In this document: positions 42,857 through 54,301 of the stretch, piece by piece
How positions within the stretch are numbered: position 1 is the first letter of the stretch
How the letters are laid out: each line of letters starts with the position of its first letter
The notes under the pieces: model-generated
What the model was told of the DNA's origin: nothing
Databases searched by the model: none
The model's input: only the letters and a program-made list of their open reading frames with translations
DNA from: an uncultured Muribaculum sp.
GTDB taxonomy: Bacteria; Bacteroidota; Bacteroidia; Bacteroidales; Muribaculaceae
Reading direction: 5' to 3'
Length of the DNA: 64,000 nucleotides
Assembly: GCA_910578835.1 (NCBI GenBank)
Contig: CAJTSK010000004.1
Span: forward strand, 7,067 to 71,066
Position numbers and translations under genes: made by a program

Positions 42857-44134
42857 ATGTCCACAATTGTATTTTTAATAATTGGAATAATTGCCGGAGC
42901 TGTTATAGGCTGGCTTGCGTCAGCATCAAAATCAGGCAAGATTGCTGCAACACTTCGTGCCGAAATCGCTGAAAAAGATGCTGAGATCAAGATGCTGCAC
43001 CGTGAAATGGAACTTACCGGCGAACAACGGCGTAAAGATGACGAGGCGCGCGACCGCCATTATGCCGAACAGTTGCGCGTGACACGCGAACAGCTGAAAA
43101 ATGCCACCGATGAATTGCTGCGCCTGCGTGCCGAGGAACTCAACAAAACTAATTCGTCGCAGATGAACGCCATCATCGAGCCGCTGAAAGAGAAAATCAA
43201 GGAGATGCAGGAGGCGATGGAAAGCACAAGGGAGATGAACACCCGCAATACAGCATCGCTTCACCAGGCAATCGAAGATGTAATCAAGCGCACCGCATCA
43301 ATAGGCGACCAGGCGGGAAAACTCGCAAAGGCATTGCGCCACGAAAACAAGATTCAGGGCAACTGGGGTGAGACGATACTCAACGAGCTGCTGGAAAGCC
43401 AGGGGCTGAAGCAGGGCATCCACTATGAGGTGCAGTCGACCATAAAGGACAAAAACGGAAAACCGGTGCTTAATGAAAACACCGACAAGCGCATGATACC
43501 CGACGTGATACTCAATTACAACAAGGGTAAATCGCTTATCATCGACTCAAAGGTATCGCTTGCCGCATTTCTCGACTATACCTCGGCTGAAACCGAGGAG
43601 GAGCGTCAGATGGCACTCGACCGCCACATCAAGAGCATACGTTCCCATGTCAAGGAGCTTGCCAATAAAAACTATAAGCGCTACATACTCCCTCCCCGCG
43701 AGTCGCTTAACTTCATGATAATGTTTGTACCCAATGAGTCGGCACTGCAGCTCGCCATCATCAATGACCCGGCGCTTTGGCGCGAGGCTCTGAGCGCGGG
43801 AGTGTTCATTGCCGGTGAATACAACCTCGTGGCAACACTGCGCATCGTAGAGCTCGCCTGGATTCAGGAAGTACAGGCAGAGCAGCAGCGAAAGGTGAGC
43901 GAACTTGCCACTCAGCTTATCGAACGCGTGGGAGAATTTTACTCCCATTTCAAGCTTATACGCGAGCGCATGGAAGCTGTCAACAAAGCTTATACCGATG
44001 CCGAGAAAAAGCTGATGACAGGCAGGCAGAATCTCATCGCCCCGGCACAAAAGCTTAAGGATATGGGCTACAAGGAGAAAGAGAAATACCCGCTCCCTGA
44101 AAACAGCAACGATTTCGAGTTGCTCCAAGAATAG
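42857..44134 (+). CDS. rmuC: DNA recombination protein RmuC
   Basis: N-terminal TM, coiled coil, QGNWGE, PDV..IIDSKVSL, MFVPNE. Confidence 0.92.
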   Translation: MSTIVFLIIGIIAGAVIGWLASASKSGKIAATLRAEIAEKDAEIKMLHREMELTGEQRRKDDEARDRHYAEQLRVTREQLKNATDELLRLRAEELNKTNSSQMNAIIEPLKEKIKEMQEAMESTREMNTRNTASLHQAIEDVIKRTASIGDQAGKLAKALRHENKIQGNWGETILNELLESQGLKQGIHYEVQSTIKDKNGKPVLNENTDKRMIPDVILNYNKGKSLIIDSKVSLAAFLDYTSAETEEERQMALDRHIKSIRSHVKELANKNYKRYILPPRESLNFMIMFVPNESALQLAIINDPALWREALSAGVFIAGEYNLVATLRIVELAWIQEVQAEQQRKVSELATQLIERVGEFYSHFKLIRERMEAVNKAYTDAEKKLMTGRQNLIAPAQKLKDMGYKEKEKYPLPENSNDFELLQE

Positions 44135-44277
44135 AAGCGGCTCATGGCATCACGCCACAAGCCGCCTATTGAGTCATAATTTGAAATTATACTTGAACCT
44201 TGGTCAATGAGGAAATGTCAATGCAATTCCATCAATATATAATAGATAGACTCAATGCGATTAATCTCAAGAATGAT
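44135..44277 (-). ncRNA. Candidate small RNA, about 140 nt
   Basis: Minus-strand TATCTTTG at 44282-44289; 14-bp hairpin at 44135-44167 that pairs fully only on the minus strand; no evident ORF between. Confidence 0.4.
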
Positions 44278-44341
44278 AACACAAAGATATACTTTACAAC
44301 TTTAAATCACAACTTTTAACTTAAAAATATTTTTCAACCTT

Positions 44342-46267
44342 ATGCTTAAACCAATTTTCATGTCCATTATCATGGGAGCATGCGCAACATCGGTTGCTGC
44401 CGGGGTGACAGTAAAGAGCCCCGACGGAAAGCTCGCCGTGAGTACAGAGGTAAATGACGGACATCCATGTTACACAATCACTTTCAACGGCAAAGAGGTA
44501 ATCGGGAAGTCGCCGCTCGGATTCAGGTCTAACGTAGCCGACTTCTCATCAATGATGAGTATCGCTGACACTCTTCGTGGCTCGATTGACAAGCATTACA
44601 CCCAAGACAAGATAAAGCACAGCGACATAGCCTATAAGGCAAACACCCTCGCAGTGACATTGCAAAACCGGCAAGGCAACGAGATGACCGTCGAATGGCA
44701 GGTGAGCGACAATAATGTGGCTCTACGCTACGCCATACCGCGACAAGGCGACACCGGCGCGATGATTGTCCACGAAGAGATGACCGGATATCGCCTGCCG
44801 GAAAACTCCACCGTGTTCATGACATCGCAGAGCGACCCGATGATAGGCTGGAAACGCACCAAACCGAGTTACGAGGAGATATATCATATCGATGCTCCGC
44901 TCGGCACCAGCTCGGACTATGGTCATGGATTCACCTTCCCCGCCCTCTTCCACACACCCGAAGGCATGTGGCTGCTACTCACAGAGACTGATGTCGACGG
45001 ATATTACTGTGGAAGCCACATCAGCGATTTTCATGACGGAATCTACTCAATCGCTTACCCGATGGAAGGAGAAAACAACGGCAACGGCTCGGCGGCACCC
45101 GGCATCAGCCTGCCAGCCACCACACCATGGCGAACAATCACTGTCGCCGACAATCTTGCTCCGATAGTAGAGACCACAATACCCTGGGACCTTGTGGAAC
45201 CACGCTATGAGACATCGCGCGAGGCAGCCCCAGGACGCGGCACATGGAGCTGGATTTTGTGGCAGGATGGGAGTATCAATTTTGATGACCAGAAGACCTA
45301 TATAGACTTCGCTGCAGAAATGGGATATGAAAATGTGCTTGTCGACAACTGGTGGGACACATACATAGGCAAAGATGGGATCGAACGACTCGCGCAATAT
45401 GCGGCGTCCAAAGGGGTCAACCTTATTATATGGTACTCGTCAAGCGGCCACTGGAACGACATCGAACAAGGGCCCGTAAACAAGATGGACCGCCCTATTG
45501 TAAGGAAAAAGGAGATGAAATGGCTCCATGATATCGGTGTAAAGGCTATCAAGGTCGACTTTTTCGGTGGCGACAAGCAGGAGACAATGCGTCTTTATGA
45601 AGACATTTTAAGTGATGCCGCCGACTATTGCATAGACGTGGTGTTTCACGGCTGCACACTGCCACGCGGATGGGAGCGCATGTATCCTAATTTTGTCGGA
45701 GCAGAGGCAGTGCTCGCCTCTGAAAACCTGATATTCGGGCAATATCATTGCGACATCGAGGCTACGAGTGCCACCCTGCATCCTTTCATTCGTAATGCGG
45801 CCGCGATAATGGAATATGGAGGCTCATTCCTGAACCGCCGACTCAACCGTGGAAATGACGGAGGTACCATACGTCGCACAGGCGACGGCTTCGAACTTGC
45901 TACAGCAATCTTGTTTCAGAATCCCGTACAGAATTTCGCTCTCGCGCCTAACAATCTTACCGACGCGCCGGCTGAAGCAATTGAATTCATGAAATCAGTG
46001 CCCACCACTTGGGACGAGACGCGCTACATCGACGGTTATCCCGGCAAATATGCCGTAATCGCGCGGCGTCACGGCGACACATGGTATATCGCCGGAGTAA
46101 ATGCCCTTGAAAAGCCATTGACCGTCACCCTACCCGACTTTATTAAGCCAGATGCAAAAATCTACTTTGACAAGTCTACTAAAGAACTTGCAACCCGCAA
46201 GGCAGGCAAAAACCGCAAGATAACTATCCCAACCAACTGCGGGTTCACCGCCATCTCCCGTCAGTAG
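44342..46267 (+). CDS. Glycoside hydrolase family 97, probably retaining subgroup
   Basis: VKSPDGKL, TPWRTI, IKVDFF, FHGCTLPRGWERMYPN, PTTWDET. Confidence 0.9.
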   Translation: MLKPIFMSIIMGACATSVAAGVTVKSPDGKLAVSTEVNDGHPCYTITFNGKEVIGKSPLGFRSNVADFSSMMSIADTLRGSIDKHYTQDKIKHSDIAYKANTLAVTLQNRQGNEMTVEWQVSDNNVALRYAIPRQGDTGAMIVHEEMTGYRLPENSTVFMTSQSDPMIGWKRTKPSYEEIYHIDAPLGTSSDYGHGFTFPALFHTPEGMWLLLTETDVDGYYCGSHISDFHDGIYSIAYPMEGENNGNGSAAPGISLPATTPWRTITVADNLAPIVETTIPWDLVEPRYETSREAAPGRGTWSWILWQDGSINFDDQKTYIDFAAEMGYENVLVDNWWDTYIGKDGIERLAQYAASKGVNLIIWYSSSGHWNDIEQGPVNKMDRPIVRKKEMKWLHDIGVKAIKVDFFGGDKQETMRLYEDILSDAADYCIDVVFHGCTLPRGWERMYPNFVGAEAVLASENLIFGQYHCDIEATSATLHPFIRNAAAIMEYGGSFLNRRLNRGNDGGTIRRTGDGFELATAILFQNPVQNFALAPNNLTDAPAEAIEFMKSVPTTWDETRYIDGYPGKYAVIARRHGDTWYIAGVNALEKPLTVTLPDFIKPDAKIYFDKSTKELATRKAGKNRKITIPTNCGFTAISRQ

Positions 46268-46290
46268 CCCACGGAACCCGACCATAACAT

Positions 46291-46322
46291 CAAGAGACCG
46301 CCAAAACTTTGGCGGTCTCTTG
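46291..46322. terminator. Terminator hairpin between convergent genes
   Basis: CAAGAGACCGCCAAA-ac-TTTGGCGGTCTCTTG perfect stem. Confidence 0.8.
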
Positions 46323-46345
46323 TATTGTCTAAGCGGCTCATCGGT

Positions 46346-48652
46346 TCAGAAACGATTCTTTTCTGTCTGCCCTGCGCCAGTACCCTTGTAGCGACTCTTT
46401 GAAGTATTGAAATTATAGCGGATTGTCAATTCCACATTTCTTCCGTGATTGTTGACATTGGACTGCATTTTGACATTACCACTATATATATCAGCATGAT
46501 ATAGCATGCCGTTGAATATGTCATTTACGCCCATATATACCGTGAGGGATTTGTCAAGGAACATTTTATATACACGGAAATTGACGGTAGATTGCGTATG
46601 TGTGTAAGACCAATTCTTCCAATCGCCACGGCTACGCCACCAAAACGATGCTTCAATAAATCAGTCTTTCGGGAGTGTAAACGTATTCTGCATCTGTATT
46701 GTGAAGATGGGACTGCCTAACTTCAAATATTGGTCACGATAGTTAATTCCAAACCACTGCTTTTGCATACCCAAGGACAGCGATGGGTGATATATTCCGA
46801 ATACCGGTGAAGCATTCAGATATAGAGAGAATAGTTTTTGGTTGGGTGTATTGGTTACAGTGAATACATTTATCTTTTCGTTGTCCTCATATGGCTCGTA
46901 TATTTGAGTTATGACATCTTTTGTATAAGTATACTGGGCTGAAAGAGTTATGTATTTCCAAGATGCCTGTGCCGTGAAGTCCTGTCGTTTAGCAGGTTTC
47001 AAATAAGGGTTTCCACGGGTATAAAGCATTGAATTTACATAAAAATAGTTGCCGGTGAGATTATTATAGGTCGGGCGCGAGATTCTGTTGCTATACGACA
47101 ACGAGAATCTAAAATCTCCCGGCGAATAGGTTATATTCGCAGAAGGAAACAGATTATTATACGTTTTGCTCTGTCCGTCCACCAATCTGTCATTCAGATA
47201 ATAGTCAGATTTGACGTGTTCGTACCGGACTCCGGCAGCAGCACTGAATTTCCCGAAAGTCTGGCTGATTTCTGCAAAAACGCCCATATTACTCTCTCTT
47301 ACATCTGTAAGTTCCGAGTTGAGTATGTTTTCAGGATTGCGGAAATCATTGCGGCTCCTTGAATTGGTATATTCTTCACCAATAAGGATATTACCTTTGG
47401 GCAGTTCGTATGAAACAGATACCTCCTCTGCAAAGAGTCGGTTGCGGGTAGTATTGAATGTTGTTACATTCCGGTCTTCGGAAAACTTGTTTTGCTCGTA
47501 CTGATATGAACGGTCATTATCTTTGGTCTGCATATAATCACCGTTGAAATCGAATGTAAACTTCCCAACTGTGCCGTTATAGTAGATGTTGGCGCTGTTA
47601 CAAGGCTGAGCCTTGAACCAACCTTTAAGGTCGGAAACACTTGATTCAGACAGCTCGCCGTTTTCTGCTATATCATTCAAGTAATGACCGAAATGATGAC
47701 CCCTGTTATAGTCATGTTGATAGTATGCTCCTATACTATGATGCTCGTTGAACTGATAATTAAAGCCTATCTTGCCCGTGATGTTTGTCTGTGTGGTAGA
47801 AACAGACTGATCAGAAATCATTTCAATCAAGGACTTGCCATAGCTTGTTGTAACGGCATATTCATCGTCATAATTCTTGCCATGACTGAAATAAACCATG
47901 CCGAAGATTTCAAGACCACCGGTGCGATATTTGATATTAAGCTGCTCCTTTGTTGTGAACCACTTATTATAAATGTTATCGGTGTATGCTGAAACGCTGA
48001 ATCCTTCGCCGACCGGCTTCTTGGTAACTATACGGATGACTGCATTGACATTTGCACCATATTGGGAACCCGGATTGTTTATTACTTGAATTTCCTTTAT
48101 CTCGCCGGAAGAAAGCTGCCCGACTTCATCGGAACTTCTGACAAGTCTGCCATTTATATATATGATGGCATCCCCTCGGCCGAATACACTGAAATTACCG
48201 TTTGCACCGGTAACCATAGGTATGTTTTTCAGGACGTCATTAGCCGACCCTGTAGTTGCAAGCACACTGTTCTCTACCCTTGTAACAAGAGCATTGCCTT
48301 TAATCCTCGTTGAAGGCAAATCACCTTTAACAACAACTTCTCCCAACATAACTGCCGAAGGTTTAAGAGTTATTGTATTATAGTTGCCGTCAGCCGGTAT
48401 TGGCAATAACATATCCTCATAGCCAATCATGGTAATCTTAACACTATTGGCTAACGAATCGGCGTTTTCAAAAATAAACATACCGTTATCATCTGTAACC
48501 TTTCCATCAATGAATGTTGAATCGGTCATAAGGACGACATTGACAAATGACGCGGATTGTCCGGTTTCATCTATCAGCAGACCTTTAATGTCTTTGGCAT
48601 AACTGGCGATATAGCCAATCACCAATATAGAGATAACAGCGTGGAATCTCAT
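46346..48652 (-). pseudogene. Outer-membrane beta-barrel/TonB-receptor-like gene interrupted by one in-frame TGA at 46661-46663
   Basis: ORFs 46661-48652 and 46346-46564 share a frame; reading through gives LPKD*FIEASFWW...YNFNTSKSRYKGTGAGQTEKNRF. Confidence 0.8.
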
Positions 48653-48697
48653 GACTTGAATAATTATAGCCGTTTCATCACCCGGGGAATAACGGTG

Positions 48698-50146
48698 TCA
48701 GCTTGCCGGGGTAGCAGTCTTTGCGCTGTTGTCGGGCTTATCGATGAAGAAAGGCTGCGGAACACCAAACAGGTTTTCAGGTCCGCGACCCGCGATATAT
48801 CCTTCAAGGATGGTATCGCGACCCGACGGATTCTGGAAAGCAACAAGACCAAATGGAGTCAACATCGTGGACAGATGCTCAAATATCATATCCATGATAG
48901 CCTCATAGGGCAACCATGACGATGTTGATGTAAAGCAATACACTTGAAATGGCACTCCTGAGTCAGTCTGCGGCAACGTCGACACAAAGCAGTCGCTTGT
49001 ATGCGACACATACGGCGATGCATCGAGCCACATCTTCATGTAAGCGCGGAACAAGCCAAGATTGGTGTCAATCGTTCCGTCGACAAGACCTTCAGAGTTA
49101 TTTATGTCCTCTACCTTTCCCGCCGCTTTCTGGGCGAGCTTCTTGGTAATATATTCATCCATGAACGGCAATTTGCGTAACATGTCGAGCATCTCGGGTG
49201 TCGCCGGCTGAATACTGTCGGCATCAATCGTGTAGCTGCGTTGTATACGTCGCGTATTGCTCTGCTGCATGCTGCGGAAATTGGTAAAGCTGCCGCTTAC
49301 CAGACTATAGGGAGGCACACAAGTCGTGGTCTTGTCCCAGTTAAGTATTTTCACCGAGGTAAGTGTAACCTCCTGGACCGTACCATTGGCATCGGTGCCG
49401 TTTATCTTAATCCAGTCACCTACATGAAGACTGTCATTTTCCGACAACTGCACACCGGCAACAACGCCCAGAATACTGTCTTTGAACACCAACATCAACA
49501 CAGCGGCAAATGCACCGAGACCCGCGAGCAATGTGCCCGGCGACTTGTTGGCGAGCACCGCAACGGCAACTATCAGCGCAAGTATCCACACAACTCCTTT
49601 GAGCAACTGCACAAGCCCGTTGAGCGGCAGACGCTTCTTGTTTTTACGAGAATCGACATGACGCCACATTCCGCCGATAAGCGCCACAAGGGCAAGTCCG
49701 GTTACATAAATCACATAAAGCAACGTTAATCGTGTAAGCCAGCCGGCAAGCACCCCCTTAGTAGCCACAAGGGTAAATTGAATGAGGATAAGAAACACGA
49801 GTGCCGGTATCATGCGACATAATTTTGAGAAGAAATTTTCGTCGCGCAAAAAACCGTACAGGTCGCCCGCGACCTTCTCACCAAACTTGCGCATCGCCCC
49901 GAGAATGAGCCACTTTGCCACATATCCTACCGCAATTGACACTAAAAACACCAAACCGGCATATACGATAGTCTCGACCGTGTCATTGCCTGACAATCCC
50001 AGAGGCTTCAATATCTTGTCGACCATATTTAGCAGGAAAGCCGCCACGGCATATGTGCTTTCTGTCGTAGGGTTGAGTGCCGACACAGCAATGTCGGCTT
50101 GTGACTGCACTGCCGGAGCAAGCGCAACAGTTGAGACGTGAAACAT
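48698..50146 (-). CDS. Mechanosensitive channel, MscS family (YbdG-like)
   Basis: GLGAFAAVLMLVFKDSILG, VGDWI, NWDKT, RRIQRS. Confidence 0.9.
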   Translation of the reverse strand: MFHVSTVALAPAVQSQADIAVSALNPTTESTYAVAAFLLNMVDKILKPLGLSGNDTVETIVYAGLVFLVSIAVGYVAKWLILGAMRKFGEKVAGDLYGFLRDENFFSKLCRMIPALVFLILIQFTLVATKGVLAGWLTRLTLLYVIYVTGLALVALIGGMWRHVDSRKNKKRLPLNGLVQLLKGVVWILALIVAVAVLANKSPGTLLAGLGAFAAVLMLVFKDSILGVVAGVQLSENDSLHVGDWIKINGTDANGTVQEVTLTSVKILNWDKTTTCVPPYSLVSGSFTNFRSMQQSNTRRIQRSYTIDADSIQPATPEMLDMLRKLPFMDEYITKKLAQKAAGKVEDINNSEGLVDGTIDTNLGLFRAYMKMWLDASPYVSHTSDCFVSTLPQTDSGVPFQVYCFTSTSSWLPYEAIMDMIFEHLSTMLTPFGLVAFQNPSGRDTILEGYIAGRGPENLFGVPQPFFIDKPDNSAKTATPAS

Positions 50147-50247
50147 AATGAACAAATTAAAAAATTTTCAAATCATCACTATTATGACAACTGAAAAACG
50201 CAAATTGTTCACCACATATCACGCCGCGCCTTCAGGCACCTATGCCC

Positions 50248-51978
50248 CTATTTTTCCGGAAACAGTATCTTGTAATCGCGCTTCGCCGCAGGAATCACCA
50301 ACTCTTCGGGCACAAAACGCCATTGGTTGAGCTTATGTGGGTGAATAGTCCCCTGCTCCTTTATATATTGCGAGAGATAATATCTCATGTCACGGTCGGT
50401 CGAATAAACGATGCGATGCGAAAGCTTATCATGAGGTATTCCCGCACCGTCGGTAAGCAACTCGCCACCACCGTTTCCACGGTAACTGTTGAGCGCCACG
50501 CGATAAGTCTTGTCAAGCTCAAATGGAGAACCGTCGGCCATTGAGATTATCTCTACCTTTTCCCCTGCAGGCTTGGTGACATCGACAATATACCTTATAC
50601 CTGCAGCCGAGTCAAAGTTGTAGCTGCGGTTGAGAAGCGTCGACCTGCCCGCCTCTCCCTGAACGGGCTGCTCTTTAAGGAGCAAAAGATGGTCATCGGG
50701 CGAAGTCATCGTATTGACCCATTTCCTGTATGACTCTTCGAGACATCCCTTTATTTCCCGTCCGGTAAGCTCCATGACATAGAGCATGTTTTCATATTTG
50801 TAGAGGTGAAACATATCGGCAACCTTTATCTCGCCGGCGGGAATCATCGCGTCATATGACAGAGGTGCCACAAAAGAGATATCAGCACCCGACAAGGCAA
50901 GCTGAAGCTCATGGATAAGATCGACAAACTCCGATGACCCGAAATAAGAATCGCGCGTCGAAATCGTCTCGGTAAACACTCCGAGCGGCTCACTCACGTA
51001 AGCGTTTATCGTCTCTATCTCTGGGTTAAAGCGGTTCATGTAATTGCTGTCAGCAATGTAAGCCGACAGGTCAAGCAGCTCGCCGCTTATAGTCTTGTCA
51101 ACGACCTTTCCGGAATCATCAACTTCAAATTTCATTGTTATGTCAGTGACAAAATCGGCATTGTTGGCAGGATTCATCACCAACACGGTATCACCCTCCA
51201 CGTTAACCACTCTTTTTATATCGCGGCGATGGTCATGCCCTATCAGCACGACATCAAAGCCCGGCACCTCGCGTGCTATCTCAAGCGACGGGTTTTCCTT
51301 GTAGTTGATAAGGATGTTTCCATCCTGTCCGGCATGAAACAAGCCTATTATCACATCAGGGTTTTCCTTCTCCTTTATCACGGGAATCCAGCGACGGGCG
51401 GTACTCTCCATATCCTCAAACTTCAGTCCCTCCCACAGCACTTCGGGCAACCATGCCGGAATAGCCGGTGTAATCATGCCGAGTATGGCGATTTTCACTC
51501 CATCGCGCTCAAACACCTCGTAAGGCTGGAAATGAGGCTTGCCGGTGGCGGTTTCTATGATATTGGCACCAAGCACCGGCATCTTACATTGTGAAGCCCA
51601 ACGGTCAAGCGTGGCACGACCGGTCTCTACATCATGATTGCCGACATTAACTACATCATATTTCATATAATTCATGATTTCCGACGTTATATGAGGCACC
51701 ACGGTGTCGATATAATTATAGTAATACACCGTAGGCTGTCCCTGCAATATGTCGCCATTATCAACCAGCAACACATTGTCGCCATACTTCTCGCGCGCAT
51801 CGCCGACCACAGTTGCCACCCGTGCAAGACTGCCTGAAAGCGGCTTTCCGGTAATAAAATCGTAAGGGAAATAGCTGCCATGCACATCGGAGGTCTGATA
51901 TAATTTTATCTCAACCTCTTTAGCCGAACCCACGGCAATTGCAGCAAACGCCAACACGCCTGATAATATCTTTTTCAT
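50248..51978 (-). CDS. Bifunctional metallophosphoesterase / 5'-nucleotidase (CpdB-like)
   Basis: TSDVHG, DNGDILQG, GNHD, GHDH, YKYEN, NSYRGNGGG. Confidence 0.9.
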   Translation of the reverse strand: MKKILSGVLAFAAIAVGSAKEVEIKLYQTSDVHGSYFPYDFITGKPLSGSLARVATVVGDAREKYGDNVLLVDNGDILQGQPTVYYYNYIDTVVPHITSEIMNYMKYDVVNVGNHDVETGRATLDRWASQCKMPVLGANIIETATGKPHFQPYEVFERDGVKIAILGMITPAIPAWLPEVLWEGLKFEDMESTARRWIPVIKEKENPDVIIGLFHAGQDGNILINYKENPSLEIAREVPGFDVVLIGHDHRRDIKRVVNVEGDTVLVMNPANNADFVTDITMKFEVDDSGKVVDKTISGELLDLSAYIADSNYMNRFNPEIETINAYVSEPLGVFTETISTRDSYFGSSEFVDLIHELQLALSGADISFVAPLSYDAMIPAGEIKVADMFHLYKYENMLYVMELTGREIKGCLEESYRKWVNTMTSPDDHLLLLKEQPVQGEAGRSTLLNRSYNFDSAAGIRYIVDVTKPAGEKVEIISMADGSPFELDKTYRVALNSYRGNGGGELLTDGAGIPHDKLSHRIVYSTDRDMRYYLSQYIKEQGTIHPHKLNQWRFVPEELVIPAAKRDYKILFPEK

Positions 51979-52034
51979 CGGAATCCTGTTAATACACTCT
52001 ATATTAATTTGCGCAAATTTAGTCATAAAAATGC

Positions 52035-52062
52035 AAAAAGGCGATGCACGAGGCATCGCCTT
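52035..52062 (-). terminator. Intrinsic terminator after the GH36 gene
   Basis: AAGGCGATGC/GCATCGCCTT stem with a T run on the minus strand. Confidence 0.75.
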
Positions 52063-52090
52063 AATAATATTTTAACATTTTAGAACGATA

Positions 52091-54301
52091 TTACTTCACT
52101 TCCTTCAAGTAAAGCACACGGCTCGAATAGTCATTGCGTTTGTTGTAATCTACATTGTGTTCAAGCGGCATTTCAAGACCATTGGACATAAGGAACGAGC
52201 CTGTAAACTCGCCGCCTTCGTAAGGAAGAGGCTCGTTGTCGATACGGTTAAGCTCATGCACACGATATTTTGCATCGGGCTTCAATCCCGCCATCGGTAC
52301 TCGCGGTAGCTGCTGGTTGCAGAATGTCTCTGTCTTCCACCAGTAATACACAGCCTCATCTTTTTCAGGGGTGATATACATCATCGAGGCAGCACCTTTC
52401 TTGTCATAAGGAGAGAGCAGGCGGTATATGTCGCCAAACTGGACAATATGGCGTATGTCCTTGTACTCTGCAATAGCCTTTCTTGTCTGGTCGATTTCTT
52501 CCTGAGTCATGTTTTTAGGCTGAATTTCCATGCCGAGACGACCGCTCATAGCCACGTCGGTACGGAACTTTACAGGAGTTGTACGGAATGTCTGATGATT
52601 AGGCTTGGAACTGATGTGAGAGCCCATTGCGATTGCGGGGAAGAAATAGCTTGTGCCCCACTGCATGTAGATACGCTGGAGGGCGTCGGTATTGTCACTC
52701 ACCCAAAATTCGTCAAACCAGGGCAATACGCCGTAATTTGCACGACCGCCACCACTCGCACATGCCTGGATGGTCACATCGGGATACTTGGCGCGTATGC
52801 GGTCAAGTGCCTTTGCAAATCCGCGGTGATACTCAATATAAAGATGGCTCTGGTTGTCGGCGGTGAGATATTGTGACCCGTGGTTCATAATCGGGGCATT
52901 GGCATCCCACTTTATATAATCGATTGCGGGATATTTGGTAAGGAGTGTGTCAACCACGTTAAACACCAGGTCCTGAACTTTCGGGTTGCTGAGGTCAAGC
53001 ACAAGCTGAGTGCCTCCACGACCGAGGTTAGGCTCGCGGTTGGTCGGCTTGATGATATACTCGGGATGCTGCTCGTAAAGCTCGCTGACGCTGTTGGTCA
53101 TCTCCGGCTCAATCCATATACCGAATTTGATTCCACGTTCCTCTGCCGCGTCAATAAGCCCCTGGATGCCGTTAGGTAGCTTTTCAGTGTCCACAGTCCA
53201 GTCGCCAAGCGACGAAGAGTCATTCTTACGCGGATATTTCACGCCAAACCATCCGTCGTCCATCACGAAAAGCTCACCGCCCATTGAAGCGATATCGCTC
53301 ATCATGTCGTGCATGCCCTGCTCATTGATGTCGAAATATACACCTTCCCAGCTGTTAAGAAGTATTTTGCGCTCCTTGTCGCCGTGGGCAAGCTTATGGT
53401 TACGACCCCACTTGTGGAAATTACGGCTCACACCGCTAAGCCCCTCCTCACTATAGGTAAGAGCAAGTTCCGGGGTGACAAATACCTCGCCCTTGGGAAG
53501 ATGATACTCTGAATTTTCTTCGTTGATGCCGGCAAAGAAATGGTGATAGTTGCTGTCATCGGTATCAAAACGCAGCTTGTAGTTGCCGCTGTAAGCAAGA
53601 GCCGCGCCTATCACACGGCCGGAGTTTTCCTTTGCCTTTCCGTCGAGCGACAACATCACCTCTGCGTGGGATGTGTGGGAATTGCGGGCACCATCCTTAT
53701 TCTTTATCACCTTCATGCCATGAAGCAGCGGCGACTCTTCCACACGTGACTCATTTGCCCATGAGCCGTAAAGACTCGACAGCCACACATCGCCGTAGCG
53801 TATCGGCAGGTAACCTGAAGCAAACTGAGTCAACTCCACCTTTCCCTTCTCGTTGTGAGAAATTTCAGTCCAGGTCTCTATCACGTCTTCACCGGGATAA
53901 GTACGATAATTGAGCGCCACAGTGAAGGGATAATGCTTATCTTTTAATGTGATTGTGGTCACGTCGGCATCTTTCTCTTTCTTTGCAGCTACATTGTCCA
54001 CTACAAGGTCAAGGGTCATGTTGCCATCGGAATGCACGGCGCTGAGAGCGGTCTCGGCAACGGTCGACATACCGTAGGAGGGATATGCCTTGTTCCAAGA
54101 TGCACCCGAGCTTTTCATAGCGTCGATTTCCTCCGCGCCTATCTTATTTCCATAGTAAAGAAATTTCGCGTCCTGACCCTTCTCGGCGTCAAGTACAAGC
54201 GATGTAGATGGTGTGGAAATGTGTACAGTCTCTGCATTGACCGACACTATGCCGAGGCACAGAGCCAATGCAAGGGGTAATGGTCGATTAAATGGTTTCA
54301 T
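52091..54301 (-). CDS. Alpha-galactosidase, GH36
   Basis: LNSWEG, FVMDDGWF, FGIWIEPEM, YIKWD, CASGGGR, WVSDNTD. Confidence 0.95.
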   Translation of the reverse strand: MKPFNRPLPLALALCLGIVSVNAETVHISTPSTSLVLDAEKGQDAKFLYYGNKIGAEEIDAMKSSGASWNKAYPSYGMSTVAETALSAVHSDGNMTLDLVVDNVAAKKEKDADVTTITLKDKHYPFTVALNYRTYPGEDVIETWTEISHNEKGKVELTQFASGYLPIRYGDVWLSSLYGSWANESRVEESPLLHGMKVIKNKDGARNSHTSHAEVMLSLDGKAKENSGRVIGAALAYSGNYKLRFDTDDSNYHHFFAGINEENSEYHLPKGEVFVTPELALTYSEEGLSGVSRNFHKWGRNHKLAHGDKERKILLNSWEGVYFDINEQGMHDMMSDIASMGGELFVMDDGWFGVKYPRKNDSSSLGDWTVDTEKLPNGIQGLIDAAEERGIKFGIWIEPEMTNSVSELYEQHPEYIIKPTNREPNLGRGGTQLVLDLSNPKVQDLVFNVVDTLLTKYPAIDYIKWDANAPIMNHGSQYLTADNQSHLYIEYHRGFAKALDRIRAKYPDVTIQACASGGGRANYGVLPWFDEFWVSDNTDALQRIYMQWGTSYFFPAIAMGSHISSKPNHQTFRTTPVKFRTDVAMSGRLGMEIQPKNMTQEEIDQTRKAIAEYKDIRHIVQFGDIYRLLSPYDKKGAASMMYITPEKDEAVYYWWKTETFCNQQLPRVPMAGLKPDAKYRVHELNRIDNEPLPYEGGEFTGSFLMSNGLEMPLEHNVDYNKRNDYSSRVLYLKEVK

